From NCBI GenBank assembly GCA_951406725.2, contig OX597814.1, forward strand, positions 206,894,001 to 206,958,000: 64,000 bases of DNA. The letters run 5' to 3'. The position numbers and the translations under genes were made by a program. This DNA is from Octopus vulgaris. Its lineage: Eukaryota. Positions 11,795 to 24,180 of the stretch are shown here, piece by piece. Below the pieces are notes generated by a model. The model was not told the DNA's origin, made no database searches, and saw only the letters and a program-made list of their open reading frames with translations. How positions within the stretch are numbered: the stretch's first letter is position 1; every line of letters begins with the position of its first letter.

Positions 11795-13345
11795 CCTAAC
11801 AACCCTGGACACCTCCATCATCTCTACCTGCAACTGCCCCACCGAACTCATCTCCAGATATCTTGACCTTCGACCAAACCCCCAGCCTCACACATCCACA
11901 CTCCTTTGTCTGGCCGAACTTGTCCTCTCACTTAACTGCATCTCATTCGTGGGTGATTTTTACCAGCAGGTCTCAAGAATGGCCATGGTAAAAAGTTGAG
12001 CCCCAACTATGCGAAACTGTTCATTCGCTACATTGAGGCTGAAATATTCTCAAGTTTCACTGGTCCCACTCCCAAACTATATGGTTGTTATATTGACGAC
12101 TGTATTGGTGCGACCTAACTCTCCCGCGAACAACTAGACTCCTTCCTCTCTTTTGTCAAATCTTTCCATCCCACTCTCCACTTCTCCAGCACTATTTCCG
12201 ACACTTCAGTGGCCTTTCTTAACATTTTGATCAGCATTCATCACTCCACTCTCACCACCTCCATCCACTACAAACACACCGACTCACACTCATACCTAAA
12301 CTTCTCCTCCTCCCACCCTAAACACACCAAGCTCTCCATCCCCTATTCTCAATTCCTCCATCTACACAGACCATGACTTTGAGACTCAGTCTCAACTCAT
12401 GGCTTGCCACTTTATCCTACATGGATATTCCCTCATCACCACCCACACCACTGTGGACTGTGCATCTGCTCTCTCTTCCCTGCACCTGCCCCACTGTCAC
12501 CTGTCTCTTGATTCTTATTATCTACACCCCACCACCCTACCTCTCCAACACACCATTCTCTGAGCCTTCTGGCGACTCCAGTCCGACTCCTCCACTTCGC
12601 CCAACTTACCTAACCGGCCCCTCCCCTCCTTCAAACGAGCGCACAACCTACAAGACCTCTTGGTCCACAGCTTCTTTCCTAACCCAATCTCCCAACCCGC
12701 CTCATTCCTCTGCTCCCACCCATGCTGCCGCACTTGCCCTTACTTCTCCAACACCACCCTCCTCACAGGCACCCATCATCGATCCTGTCATATCACTCAC
12801 TCCTCCACCTGCCCTTCTAACAACGTCATCTACTACATCTCCTGCTCTCTCTGTCCTTCTCTATACATCAGTCAAACGGGATGCCGCTTGGCTGACCGGT
12901 TCATGGAACACTTCCGAGACATCAGACTCGGCAACGACACCCCAGTCTCACGCCATTTCCGCTCTACTGGTCATTCTTTACAGCACTTGTCTGTGTTCAG
13001 ATTGACCTTGCACAGGGGCTATCTGGACTCTCATCTTCGCCATGAACAGGGATTAATATTCTCTCTTCGCTTCTTTGTGCCACACAGGCATCTTCCTTTT
13101 GGGATCACCACTACTTTATTATCTCCCCTTCTTCCTGTGTGACCCCACTGTCTGTTATTCGCCATGACAGATTGCTAACCACTAAACCTTTTTCATTTTC
13201 CCTCCCTGTTTATTTGTGTTCCTTCCTGTCAAAGAGTGTAGGCTCGAAACGTAAAAGACTTTCTCACTTCCCAAGTGTTAAACTAATACATATGTTTGTT
13301 GTTTACACACCCATCTTCATCTTTTGTTTTTTTGTAAATTCTCAC
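11795..13345 (+). mobile_element. Penelope-like element relic (RT, GIY-YIG endonuclease, 3' terminal region)
   Basis: LAELVLSLNC, PNYAKLF, YIDDCIG, YKHTDSHSYLNFSSSHP.HTKLSIPYSQFL, then CPSNNVIYYISCSLCPSLYISQTGCRLADRFMEH. Confidence 0.88.
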
Positions 13346-13368
13346 TATATATATATATATATATGTCT

Positions 13369-13406
<38 letters not shown>

Positions 13407-13526
13407 ATGAGTTAGAGGTTAAGTAACCATCTAAGTATTTATAACCAAGTGTTTACTAATGCAGGGCAATATCGCAACTGAGCATTAGGTATGGGTGATG
13501 GTAAATTAGAAATTTACCCAGGATTT

Positions 13527-14034
13527 ATAAGGCAAATAAGAAAATGGAGAGGATAAACAATTGACAGACATCAGCCAGTAAACATTCAATTATGTCTATT
13601 TATTAATTGATTACTATTACTTTTACTATTTCTGTTATATTATTTTTATTTTATTTTACCCCATTATTTTAACTTCTTTTCCTACATGTTAGTTTCCTAA
13701 CATTTGGACTCTCTGAAGAAGCCTTAGGGCTCAACCACTGTCCAATCACTGTCCAATGTTTGTTCATCCCTGTTTATCACTGACATGATGAGGATAACTT
13801 GGAAGATTTGGCAGCCTCATCGTAGAAACGGCTGTAAGAGTTTAGTATTTGTACACCCATCTATTATTATTCATTCATTTCTATATACATATCTGTTTAC
13901 ATATTTATTGACTTATTTCATTTGTTTACTTGCATCACTTACACATGTTTGTAATCAATAAATAGATATAAGTGAATGTTTACAGAATGATGTCTGTCAA
14001 TTGTATATCCTCTCCACTTTCTTATTTGCCTTAT
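13527..14034. repeat. ~85 bp inverted repeats enclosing a hammerhead-containing Penelope-type terminal segment
   Basis: ATAAGGCAAATAAGAAAATGGAGAGGATA... (13527-13615) is the reverse complement of 13951-14034. Confidence 0.8.
13708..13841 (+). ncRNA. Type I hammerhead ribozyme motif (Penelope type, long stem II region)
   Basis: ACTCT-CTGAAGA...GAAAC-GGCT-GTA-AGAGT. Perfect 5-bp stem I, intact core, near-palindromic stem III. Stem II closure is imperfect. Confidence 0.55.
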
Positions 14035-14585
14035 ATATACCCGCGCCAGTGGGGCGCTAACAGCTCCATCCATGCAGGATCACTGCCAGAGCAGCTGTCT
14101 GGCTTCCATGCCGGTGGCACATAAAGAACACCATTTGAGCGTGATTGTTACCTGTGTTGCCTTACTGGCACTTGTGCCGGTGGCACGTAAAGGCACCCAC
14201 TACACTCTCAGAGTGGTTGGCGTTAGGAAGGGCATCCAGCTGTAGAAACTCTGCCAGATCAAGACTGGAGCCTGGTGCAGCCATCTGGTTCACCAGTCCT
14301 CAGACAAATCGTCCAATACATGCTAGCATGGAAAGGGGACGTTAGATGATGATGACGATGATGATATATATATATATATATAAAATATGTATTTTTTCAA
14401 TGTATACAAATAACATGGAAAAAATAAATGAATAGTTACCAGGGTAGCAAAAATTCACATAAGTACTAAGGATATTACATCTTACTTATAAAGGTAGAAA
14501 TTCCAGGGTTTAGTGAAATGTTTTTGTATGACATAGATAAATAAAGAAATGGAGTTAAACACAAATGAATATTCAAATCTTTATA

Positions 14586-14673
14586 CTTCTGACATATGTT
14601 TCGAAGAAAACATTGGTATTATTGCAGAAGGAATAAAATGATGTCAAACAATGTGATCTTCTCATCAAGGAAA
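14586..14673 (-). ncRNA. Type I hammerhead ribozyme motif, sense to the host gene
   Basis: Minus strand TTCC-TTGATGA-GAAGAtcACATTG...CAATGTttTCTTC-GAAAC-ATAT-GTC-AGAA. Stem II is paired, stem III is the palindrome ACATATGT, cleavage triplet GUC. Carries a C3U core variant and one stem I mismatch. Confidence 0.65.
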
Positions 14674-14859
14674 AAAGAGAAAGAAAATATACCAACAAGC
14701 CATTTTAACCGAATGTGATTACTGCATATATGATGAAGGGAATGCTGGCAAATTATGTTTTTAAAAACCATTAATAGGTTTGTCAAAGGCAATTTAGAGG
14801 AGAAAGAAACAAATTAGCAGAAAACTAAGAGTGGAGAAATATAGCGCGATACATGAATG

Positions 14860-17800
14860 GGAATAAAGGACTTCTAACAAGAAAGAGACTTCTCAAAAAT
14901 GAAAATTCTGACAAGAATGGCACTTCTGACAATCTGGAAATTCTAACAGAAATGGGACTTCACACAAAAGTGTGAATTCTAACAAGAATGGGATTTCTCA
15001 GTAAAATGAGATCTCAAAAAAGTACTGGATTTCTTAGGAGAAGAGGACTTCTCACAAAAATAGGAATACTAACAAGAAAGGAATTCTCAGAAAAATGGGA
15101 CTTCTAAAACAAAACTGGGGCCACTAACAAGGATGGGACTTATCACAAGAATGGGAATTCTCACAAAAATAAAACATCTAAAGACAATGCGATTTTTAAC
15201 AAGAATGGGACTCCTAAAACGAATGAAGCCTTTTTCTTTTTTTCAGAAATGGGACTCTCAACGTAAATGGGACTTCTCACAAGATTGGGAATTCTAATGG
15301 GCCTGGATCTACTTACAAGAATGGGTTTCTAACAAAAATAAGGCTTTTTACAAAAATAGGACTTCTAACATAAATGGGTTTGTCACAAATATTGAACTTC
15401 TAACAGGTATGGGACTTCTAACTAGAATGGGACTTCTCAGGAAAATGGGACATCAAAAAGATGGGGTGTCTCACAAAAATGGGACTCTTAACAAGAATGT
15501 GACTTTTCAACATAAATGGGATATCTCACAAGAATTGAACTTCTGAAAAGAAAGGGACTTCTCACAAAAATAAGACTTCTAACATGATTGGGACTTTTCA
15601 CAACAATGAGGCTTCTAAAAACAATTGGATTACTTGCATTAATGAAACTCCTCACATGAATGGGACTTCTAACAAGAATTGGAATTCTCACAAAACTGGG
15701 ATTACTAACAAGAATGGAACCTCGAACAAAAATGGGATTTCTAAGAACAATGGGACTTCTAGCAAGAAGGGGATTTTAAACAGGAATGGGAATTCTCACA
15801 AGAATGTGATTTCTCACAAAAATGGGATTTTTCACCAAAATGGAACTTCTAAAAAGAAGGGAACTTCAAGCAGCAGAAATGGGATTTCTAACAAGAATGA
15901 GATTTCTAACAAAAGAGAGGACTTCTAACAAGAACGGGACCTTTCACGAAATAAGAATCCCAAGAAGATTGGGACTTCTCACGAAAATGGGGTTTTTCAC
16001 ATGAATAGGATTGCTACCAGGACTTCCAAGGGGAATGGAGCTTCTCACAAAGATGGGATTTCTAACAAGAAAGGAGCTTTCAAAAGTGACTTCTAAAGAG
16101 ATTGGAGCTTTTCACAAAAATGAGACTTCTGTCAAGAATGGGACTTCTCACAATAACGGATCTTGTAATAAGAATGAGACATCTCACAAAAATAGGACTT
16201 TGAACAAAAATGGGACTTTTGATAAAAATAGGATTTCAAACATGAATGTGACTTCCCACAAGAATGGGGCTTTTTATTATAATGGGACTTCTAGCAAGAA
16301 TGGGACTTCTAACAAAAATAGGGCTTCTAATAAGAAGAGGACTTACAAGAGGACATCTTGAAAGAATGGAAAATCTCATAAGAATGGGACTTTGCAAAAC
16401 AATGTAATTTCTCACAAAAATATGACTTTCCACAACAATGGTACTTCGAAAAAGAATGGGACTTCTCATAAAAAAGGGACATCCAACAGGAAAGGAAAAT
16501 TTCACAAGAATGCGACTTCTCACAAAAATGAGATTTGTCACAAAAATGGGGCTTTTCACCAAAATGGAACTTCTAAAAAGAAAGGGACTTCAAACAACAA
16601 TGGGACTGCTAATGGAAATGGGACTTCTAACAAGAATGAAATTTCTCACAAAAGAGAGGACTTCTAACAAGTAAGGGATTTCAAACAAAAAAGGGACTTC
16701 TCACAAAATGAAAATCCTAAGGAGATTAGGACTTCTCACAAAAATGGGACTACTCACAAAAATTGGGCTTTTCACATGAATGGGACATCTAGCAACAATG
16801 GGACTTCTAACAACAATGGAAGTTCTAATATGTATGTGATTTCTAACAACAGTGGGACTTCTCACAAATTTGTGCATCTAATGAGATTAGGCCTTGAAGT
16901 AACAAGAAGTGAACTTCAGCCAAATATGGGTCTTTTCCCAAAGATCGGACTTCTAACAAAAGGGGGATCCTAAAAAACACGGCACTTCTAAAACAGAAAT
17001 CAGATTTTTAATGGGATTTCTTACACAAATGGGATTTCTAAGAAGAATGGGGCTTTTGACGAAAATGTGATTTCTAACAAGTATGGACATATAACAAGAA
17101 TAGGACTTCTTACAAAAATGAGATTTCTCACAGAAATAAAACTTCTCACAAAAATTAGATTTCTCTTAAAAATGTCAGTTCTCACAAAAATGAAATTTCT
17201 CACGAAAATGAGATTTCTGAAAAGAATGAGAGTGCTAACAAAAATAGGACTTCTAACAAGAATAGGACTTCTAAAAAGAATGGGACTTCTAACAAGAATG
17301 GGTCTTCTCACAAAAATGAGATTTCTCACAAAAATGAATCTTCTCCCAAAAATGAGATTCATCACAAGAATAGAACTTTTCATGAAAATAGAATTTTGAA
17401 TAAGAATAAGGCTTCAAACAACATTGGGACTACTAACAAAAATGAGAATTCTAACAAGAATGAGAATTCTATCAAGAAGGGGAAGGTTTACAAGAATAGG
17501 GCTTCTCACAAAAAAACAGACATCAAACAGAAAGAGTACTTCTCACAAGAATAGAACTTCTTACAAAAATGGAACTTGCAGCATGAGTGGCACTTCTGAC
17601 AAAAATGGGACTTCTAACAAGAATGAGCCATCTGAATAGAATAAGACTTCTCACATGAATGGGACTTCTAGCAAAAATTAGACTTCTAACAGGATGTCTA
17701 ACAAAAATGGAACTTCTGACATGTTTACGACTTCTAATAAGAGTGGGACTTCACACACGTTTTGTACTTTTAATGAGAATGGAAATTCTCACAAAACTAG

Positions 17801-19480
17801 GACTTCTAAAAAGAAAGGAACGTCTCCCAGAAATGTAAATTTTCACAAAAATCAAACTTCTAACAGGAAGGTGCTCCTAATAAAAATAGGACTTCTAACA
17901 AGAATTGGAAAACAAATAAAATTGAACTTCTAAAAAGAAGGGGGCTTGTAACACAAAAGGGGCTTCAAACAATAAGGGACTTCTCACAAAAATGAAACTT
18001 CTAACAAGAATGGGACTACTCACAAAAGTAGGACTACTCACAATAATGGGACTCTTCATAAAAATGGGACATCAAAAAAGAAGAGGACTTCTAAGAACAT
18101 TGGGACTACTAATAAAAATGGGACTTGTAACAAGGGGAGGACTTCTGACAGGAATGGGATTTCTCAATTAAGTGAGACTTCTAAAAGAATGGTATATATC
18201 TCGTATGAATGGGACTTCTCACAAAAATGAGACTTCTAACAAGTGTGAGACTTATCACAAAATGGAACATCTCAAAAAATTGGGACTTCTAACAAGAGGG
18301 GAACATCTCCCAAAAATGAGAATTTTCACAAAAGTCAGACTTCTAACAAGGTGGTCCTAATAAGATTGAGACTTCTAAAAAGAATGGAACTTCTAGCAAG
18401 AATGTAACTTCTGTTAATAATAAGACATCTAACAAGAATGGGGCTCCTTACAAGTATGGAAATTCTAACAACAATGAACTTGTCACAAAAATGGGACTCC
18501 CAAGAAGAACAGTACTTCTCACAAGAATAGGTTTATTAAGAATAATGAGACTTCTCACAAAAATGGGACTCCTAACAAGAATGAGACTTCTAACAGGAAT
18601 TGAATTTCTCACAATAACAGGCCTTGTAAGAAGCATGGGTATTTTCACGAAAATCAAATGGGACTTCTCACAAAAATGGAACTTCTAACAAGGATGTGAC
18701 TTTTAACAAGAATGGAAACTCTCAAAAAAATGGTACTTCTAAGAAGTGAAAACGGGAGTTATAACAACAATGGAATTTCTAATAAAATTGAGACTTCTCA
18801 CAATAATTGCACTTCTAATAAAAACAGGGCTTTTCATTGTAATAGGGGTTCTAACAAGAATGGTACTTGTCCAAAAATGGGACTCTTAAGAAGAGCAATA
18901 CTTCTCACAAGAATGGATCTATTAACAGGAATGGGACTTCACACAACTATGAGAATTCTAACAGGAATTGAATTTCTCAAGATCAAAGGACTTGTAAGGA
19001 TCATGGGGCTTTTCAAAAAAATGGGACTACTAACAAAAATGGGAATTCTTACAAAGATGGGTTACCTAACAAGAACAGGACTTCTCATAAAAATGGGGCT
19101 TTTCAAAAAATGAGGCTTCTCACAAAATTCAGACTTCTGACAAAAAGGAGACTTCTAAACAAGAATGGGACATCTCACAAAACTGGGACGTCTAACAACA
19201 ACGGTACTTCTCACAAGAATGGGACTTCTCACAGGTAAGGGTTTTTTTTAAACTATGTGATTTCTATGGTAATTTTCACGACAATGAGACTTTTAACAAC
19301 AGTGGAATTTTTCACAAAACTGAGACATCTAACAAGACGGGGACTCCTTACAAAAATGGAACTCCTCACTAAATGGGACTTGCAACAAAAATGATAATTC
19401 TTTCAAATATGAAAATTCTAACAAGAATGGAGCTCCTCACAAAAATGAAAATTCTTACAAAATTGAGATTTCAAACAAAA
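14860..19480 (+). repeat. Degenerate 18-bp minisatellite (AATGGGACTTCT[A/C]ACAA[G/A])n, ~4.6 kb
   Basis: Recurring AATGGGACTTCTAACAAG and AATGGGACTTCTCACAAA. The ORF track shows 6-aa periodicity (NGTSNK, MGLLTR, RSPILV). Confidence 0.95.
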
Positions 19481-19544
19481 GTTTCTGTGGATCTTGAGTA
19501 ATCTGTAAAAATTACAGTCTTAAATTTCTGATTTACATAAGTAT

Positions 19545-20045
19545 TTTATTTCCTTACCTGTGAAGAAGTCTGGGTATTGGTCAATTAATGTTCTGTCTTT
19601 CTTATAGTAGTTTTTGGTTGGTTAGATATTCCAATATTTTGTCTTTGTAATCATCCCTCTCTATAATCACTATCACCCCATCCTTATTGGCATCTTTGAG
19701 GATGAGTCAATTGGCATTCTTCAGTTAGTGTTAGTGAAGCTTTCTTTGCTTCTTAGCAAATGTTCTGTTTGCATTTACAGGCTCTGAGAGTGAATTTGGA
19801 AATTTGCGTCTATATATGTATATAAATGTTTGTCACTCCCCAACCCTGTAAGGGGTGAAGTAAGATTTATTTCTAAATGCTGACTCATCATTTATATTCT
19901 TAATGGGGACGAAATTTGCACCCTCATATGCTAACCTCATTATGGGTTTCTTACAAGGAAAACTATACAAGTAAGTAGAAAAGGCTTTCGACCAAAATTT
20001 CAAGAAAGATGTTATTGAAAACAGGTTATGCAGGTAGTGATTCAG
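19545..20045. mobile_element. Penelope-like RT fragments in opposite orientations
   Basis: Minus ~19560-19780 reads KDGVIVIIERDDYKDKILEYL. Plus ~19900-19960 reads LMGTKFAPSYANLIMGFL. Confidence 0.65.
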
Positions 20046-20339
20046 CATGGTCACTACTGTACATAATTAACCCATACAGGTTCTGCACCAAACTAACTTT
20101 CCCAGAAAATAAGGTTAGACAGAAATAATCAAACAGGAGTACTTGAATACTCAAGATTGACACTCTCCATGCATATTATTTTCTATGGAATCAATGAACA
20201 TTATAGCAAGTATATGCTTTCATTTGAAATTGGACTTTTTTGGATTTCATTCCTATTTGATAGTAATTATGTTACTATAACCATGGTCTGACCAAAGCCC
20301 TGTGAGTGGATCTGGTAGACAGAAACTGAAACCTCTCGT

Positions 20340-22105
20340 GGATCAGGTGATGAAAATTGCAGAGAGAGTCCTAGCCTAATTAATCTGGGAGAGAATCTAG
20401 ATGAGATGCAGTTTGGATTTGTGCCAGGGAGAAGCACCACTGATGCTATATTTCTGGTAAGACAGCTGCAGGAGAAATTCCTATCAAAGATAAACCTTGG
20501 CTTTTGTTGACTTGGAGAAAGTTTTTGACAGAGACCCCAGTCCCTTATCTGGTGGTCAACACAGCAACTAGGAATAGACGAGTGGTTGGTGAGAGCTGTA
20601 CGAGCCTTGTACAGGGATGCTACCAGTAAGGTGAGGTTGGGCAACGAGTACAGTGAAGAATTCAGGATGCAAGTAGGGATTCACCAAGGATCGGTGCTCA
20701 TCCCTCTCTTGTTCATCATAGTTCTCCAGGCAATAACAAAGGAATTCAAGACAGGCTGCCCCTGGGAGCTCCTCTATGCTGATGACCTTGCTGTTATAAC
20801 TGAATCACTACCTGCACTAGAGAGGAAGTTCCCGGTATGGAAGCAAGGTCTAGAATCAAAGAGCCTTAGAGTTAACCTAGCAAAAACAAAGTCATAGTAA
20901 GAGTGAAAGGCAGACAAATCACAAATCCCTTCAGGTAGATGGCCGTGCTCAGTCTGTAGAAAAGGTGTAGGTAGAAACTTCACAAGATGCACCCAGTGCA
21001 AGCTTTGGATACACAAAAGGTGCAGCAACATCAAAGGAATGTTAACAGAGAAACTATCCTTTGTATGTAGGAGTTTTACAGGCGTAATAAATGCTGAATA
21101 TGTGTGGAAAATAGACTTCATCGACTGCCAGGTAGTCAACAGAAAGAGGTAGTAGATAGCTTCTGGTATCTAGGCAACCAGGTCAGTAGTGGAGATGGTT
21201 GTTCCAAGAGCATTGCTGTGAGAATAAGATTAGTTTGGGCAAAGTTCAGAGAGCTGCAACCCCTGCTGGCAACAAAGGGCTTCTCTCTCAGAGTGAAAGG
21301 CAGATTGTTTGATGCCTGTGTGTGAATATCGATGCAGCATGGCAGCATAACATGGGCTATAACAGCTGAGGACATGTGTAGGCTTGAGAGAAATGAAGCC
21401 AGTATGCTTCACTGGATGTGCAATGTCAGTGTTTGACAGTGTAAGCATCTTGAGAGAAAAGTTAGGCATAAGAGGAACCAGATGTAGTGTGCAAGAGAGA
21501 AGACTGCACTGGTATGGTCATGTGATGCCTATGGACAGGGACAGCTGTGTAAAGAAGTGCCGATCTTTAACTGTGTAGGGAACCTGTGGTAGAGGTAGAT
21601 CCAGGAAGACATGGGACAAGGTGGTGAAGCATGATCTTCGAACCTTGAAACTCACAGAGGCAAGGACTAGTGACCGCGACCTTTGGTGATGTGCTTTGCT
21701 TAAGAGGACCCATCAAGCCAAGCACACCCATCCTGGTGGCACATAAGAAAATCAACCTTGAATGTTGGGCGACATAGAGGCAAGGTGGCTGAGTTCCATA
21801 GTTGGGTTACATGGAGGCAATGACCAAGACCTTTGGCATTACGTCATTCTTGAGAAGAAGACCCATCAAGCGGAGAATAATCGCAGTCATGGCAGATACT
21901 GGTGTCACGCAAATGGAACCTGTGCCAGCAGCACGTAAAAATACCCATTACACTCTTGGAGTGGTTGGCATTAGGAAGGGCATCCAGCCATAGAGAACCA
22001 TGCCAAATCAGACTGGATCCTGGCACAACCTTGCAGCATGTCACCTCCTGTCAAATCGTCCAACCCATGCCAGCATGGACAACAGACGTTAAATGATGAC
22101 GATGA
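20340..22105 (+). mobile_element. RTE-clade LINE 3' half with (GAT)n tail
   Basis: QFGFVPGRSTTDAIF, GIHQGSVLIPLLF, LLYADDL, PHD-like Cys cluster, RRLHWYGHV, GRGRSRKTW. 3' UTR ends CATGCCAGCATGGACAACAGACGTTAAATGATGACGAT. Confidence 0.92.
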
Positions 22106-22387
22106 TATATACATGCATGTGTTTGTTCCCACTACCACTTGATAACTGGTGTTGGTGTGTTTATGTCCATGTAACTTAGTGGTTCAGCAAAAGAGACTGA
22201 TAGAATAAGTACCATACTTTAAAACAATAAGTACTGAGGTTGATCCACTTGACTAAAAATTCTTCAAGGCAGTGCTGCTCCAGCATGGACAGAGAGTAGT
22301 AATGAAACAAACTGAAGATATTTGAATATTGTAATTCTTATTTCTACACCAAATAATTTGAACAGAATTAAAATGGTAAATTCTTAC

Positions 22388-22636
22388 CTGTACTGATGGC
22401 AGGAATTGCAATTGATGTATAAGACTTTTCTTCAAGAACTGCCAAACAATTTTGAACAGCTCTTGAAAGGTAATCCATTTCCTGATCCCTTCCATTATTC
22501 CAAACGGGTCCAACAGCATGAATGATAGTCTTGCATTTGAGTTTACCAGCTTTAGTTGACACTACTTCTCCAGTTTTCAGTTCACTCCTTCTTCGTTCCA
22601 TAATTTTGTTAGATTCAACTTGAATTTCAAACCCAC
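22388..22636 (-). CDS. PARP14: PARP14-like exon, Macro1 middle
   Basis: tttgcAG acceptor, GTaag donor, 249 nt, phase 1-1. (G)GFEIQVESNKIM...GEVVSTKAGKLKCKTIIHAVGPVW...SIAIPAIST. Confidence 0.95.
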
Positions 22637-22690
22637 CTGCAAAGATATTTGCATTCTTATGTTCCTGTTTAATACATGTTAATATATGTT

Positions 22691-22691
<1 letters not shown>

Positions 22692-22721
<30 letters not shown>

Positions 22722-23240
22722 TAACGTCCGTTTTCCATGCTGGCATGGGTTGGACAGTTCGACCGGGGTCTGGGAAGCCAAGAAGCCGCATCAGGCTCCA
22801 ATCTGACATGGCAATGTTTCTACAGCTGGATGCCCTTCCTAACGCTAACCATTCTGAGAGTGTAGTGGGTGCTTTTTATGTGCCACCAGCACAGGAGCCA
22901 GTCAAGGCAGTGCTGGCATCAGCCACATTCGGATGGTGCTTTTTACGTGCCACCAGCACAGGAGCCAGTCAGAGCGAGGTGGCTGGCATCAATCATGTTC
23001 GGATGGTGCTTTTTACGTGTCACTGGCACAGGGAGCCAGTCAGGTGGCGCTGGCATCAGCCATAATTACAATTTCCATTTGATTTTAGTTTTGATTTTAC
23101 TTGACTCAATAGGTCTCCTCAAGCATGGCATGTCACCCTACGATCCAAGGTACTTTTTGAGTGTGCTGGTTATGCAACACTGGTGTAGGCTACAGCTGTG
23201 ATCTCACTTTATTTGCCGGGTCTTCTCAGTCACAGCATAT
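22692..23240 (-). mobile_element. RTE 3' UTR/tail fragment with internal ~55-60 bp tandem repeats
   Basis: (CAT)n, then CCGTTTTCCATGCTGGCATGG, TACAGCTGGATGCCCTTCCTAACG and repeated GTGCCACCAGCACAGGAGCCAGTC units. Confidence 0.8.
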
Positions 23241-23255
23241 ATAATAAATATATCT

Positions 23256-23540
23256 AGGTACGGAAGCAAGGTCTAGAATCAAAGGGCCTTAGAGTAAACC
23301 TAGCAAATACCAAACTCTCAGTAAGTAGGAAGGTAGACAAATCAAAAATTCCTTCAGGATCTGTAGAAAAGGCATTGGTAAAAACTCCATAAGATGTACC
23401 TGGTGTAAGCTATGGACATATAAGAGGGGCAGCAATATCAGAGGAAGGTCAACAGGGAAAATAGCTTGTGCATGTGGAAGATGCACAGGTACAATAAGAT
23501 GTACAGAAAACAGATTCCATCGCATCAGGGGGAAAAACTA
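23256..23540 (+). mobile_element. RTE fragment (PHD-like region)
   Basis: KQGLESKGLRVNLANTK...CKLWTYKR...CACGRCTG. Confidence 0.8.
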
Positions 23541-23699
23541 TTGTTCCTATTTAATATGTGTTATATATAATATGTATCATCATCGTCGTTTCACATCCAC
23601 TTTCCATGCTGGCATGGGTTGGACAGTTTGACTGAGGACTGGCGAGCCAGATGGCTGCACCAGGCTCCGAAATGATATATTAACATATTATGTTTTATA

Positions 23700-23719
23700 T
23701 CTATCTATATATAAATGAG

Positions 23720-23778
<59 letters not shown>

Positions 23779-24135
23779 TGAAAACTAAGTTGCTGATTTT
23801 GACATATGAGGTATTAAATGATTCACTAATCTTTTGGCTACCAAATAAACATTATTTTCATTTACATATTTGCATTACAAAAATTTGACATGATAATCTT
23901 TTCTATAACTCAACTATCATAAACATTTCATGCCACAATGACAATGAAGTCACATTTTCTATATGAGTGGTGTACCTCAAAAGACATCCATTTCTCTATA
24001 GGTTATGGGGAAATACAGTCACTCACTCTCTCTCTCTTTCTCCCATGCAATATGCACACATATATACAAAAAAGATGTATGCATATGTATTTATGTACGT
24101 TTATATGAAAGATAATGAGTGTGCACACATGTTTG

Positions 24136-24180
<45 letters not shown>

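Noticed and set aside
15488-19113. NGTSNK / MGLLTK / RSPILV repeat ORFs as genes
   Set aside because: They are alternative frames of one 18-bp minisatellite, with frequent stops and frame shifts and no evident splice structure.
19545-19780. Possible extra PARP14 exon (donor-like CTTAC at ~19553)
   Set aside because: The sequence translates as Penelope RT with stops, and the flanking exons already join seamlessly in the AISTGVYG motif.
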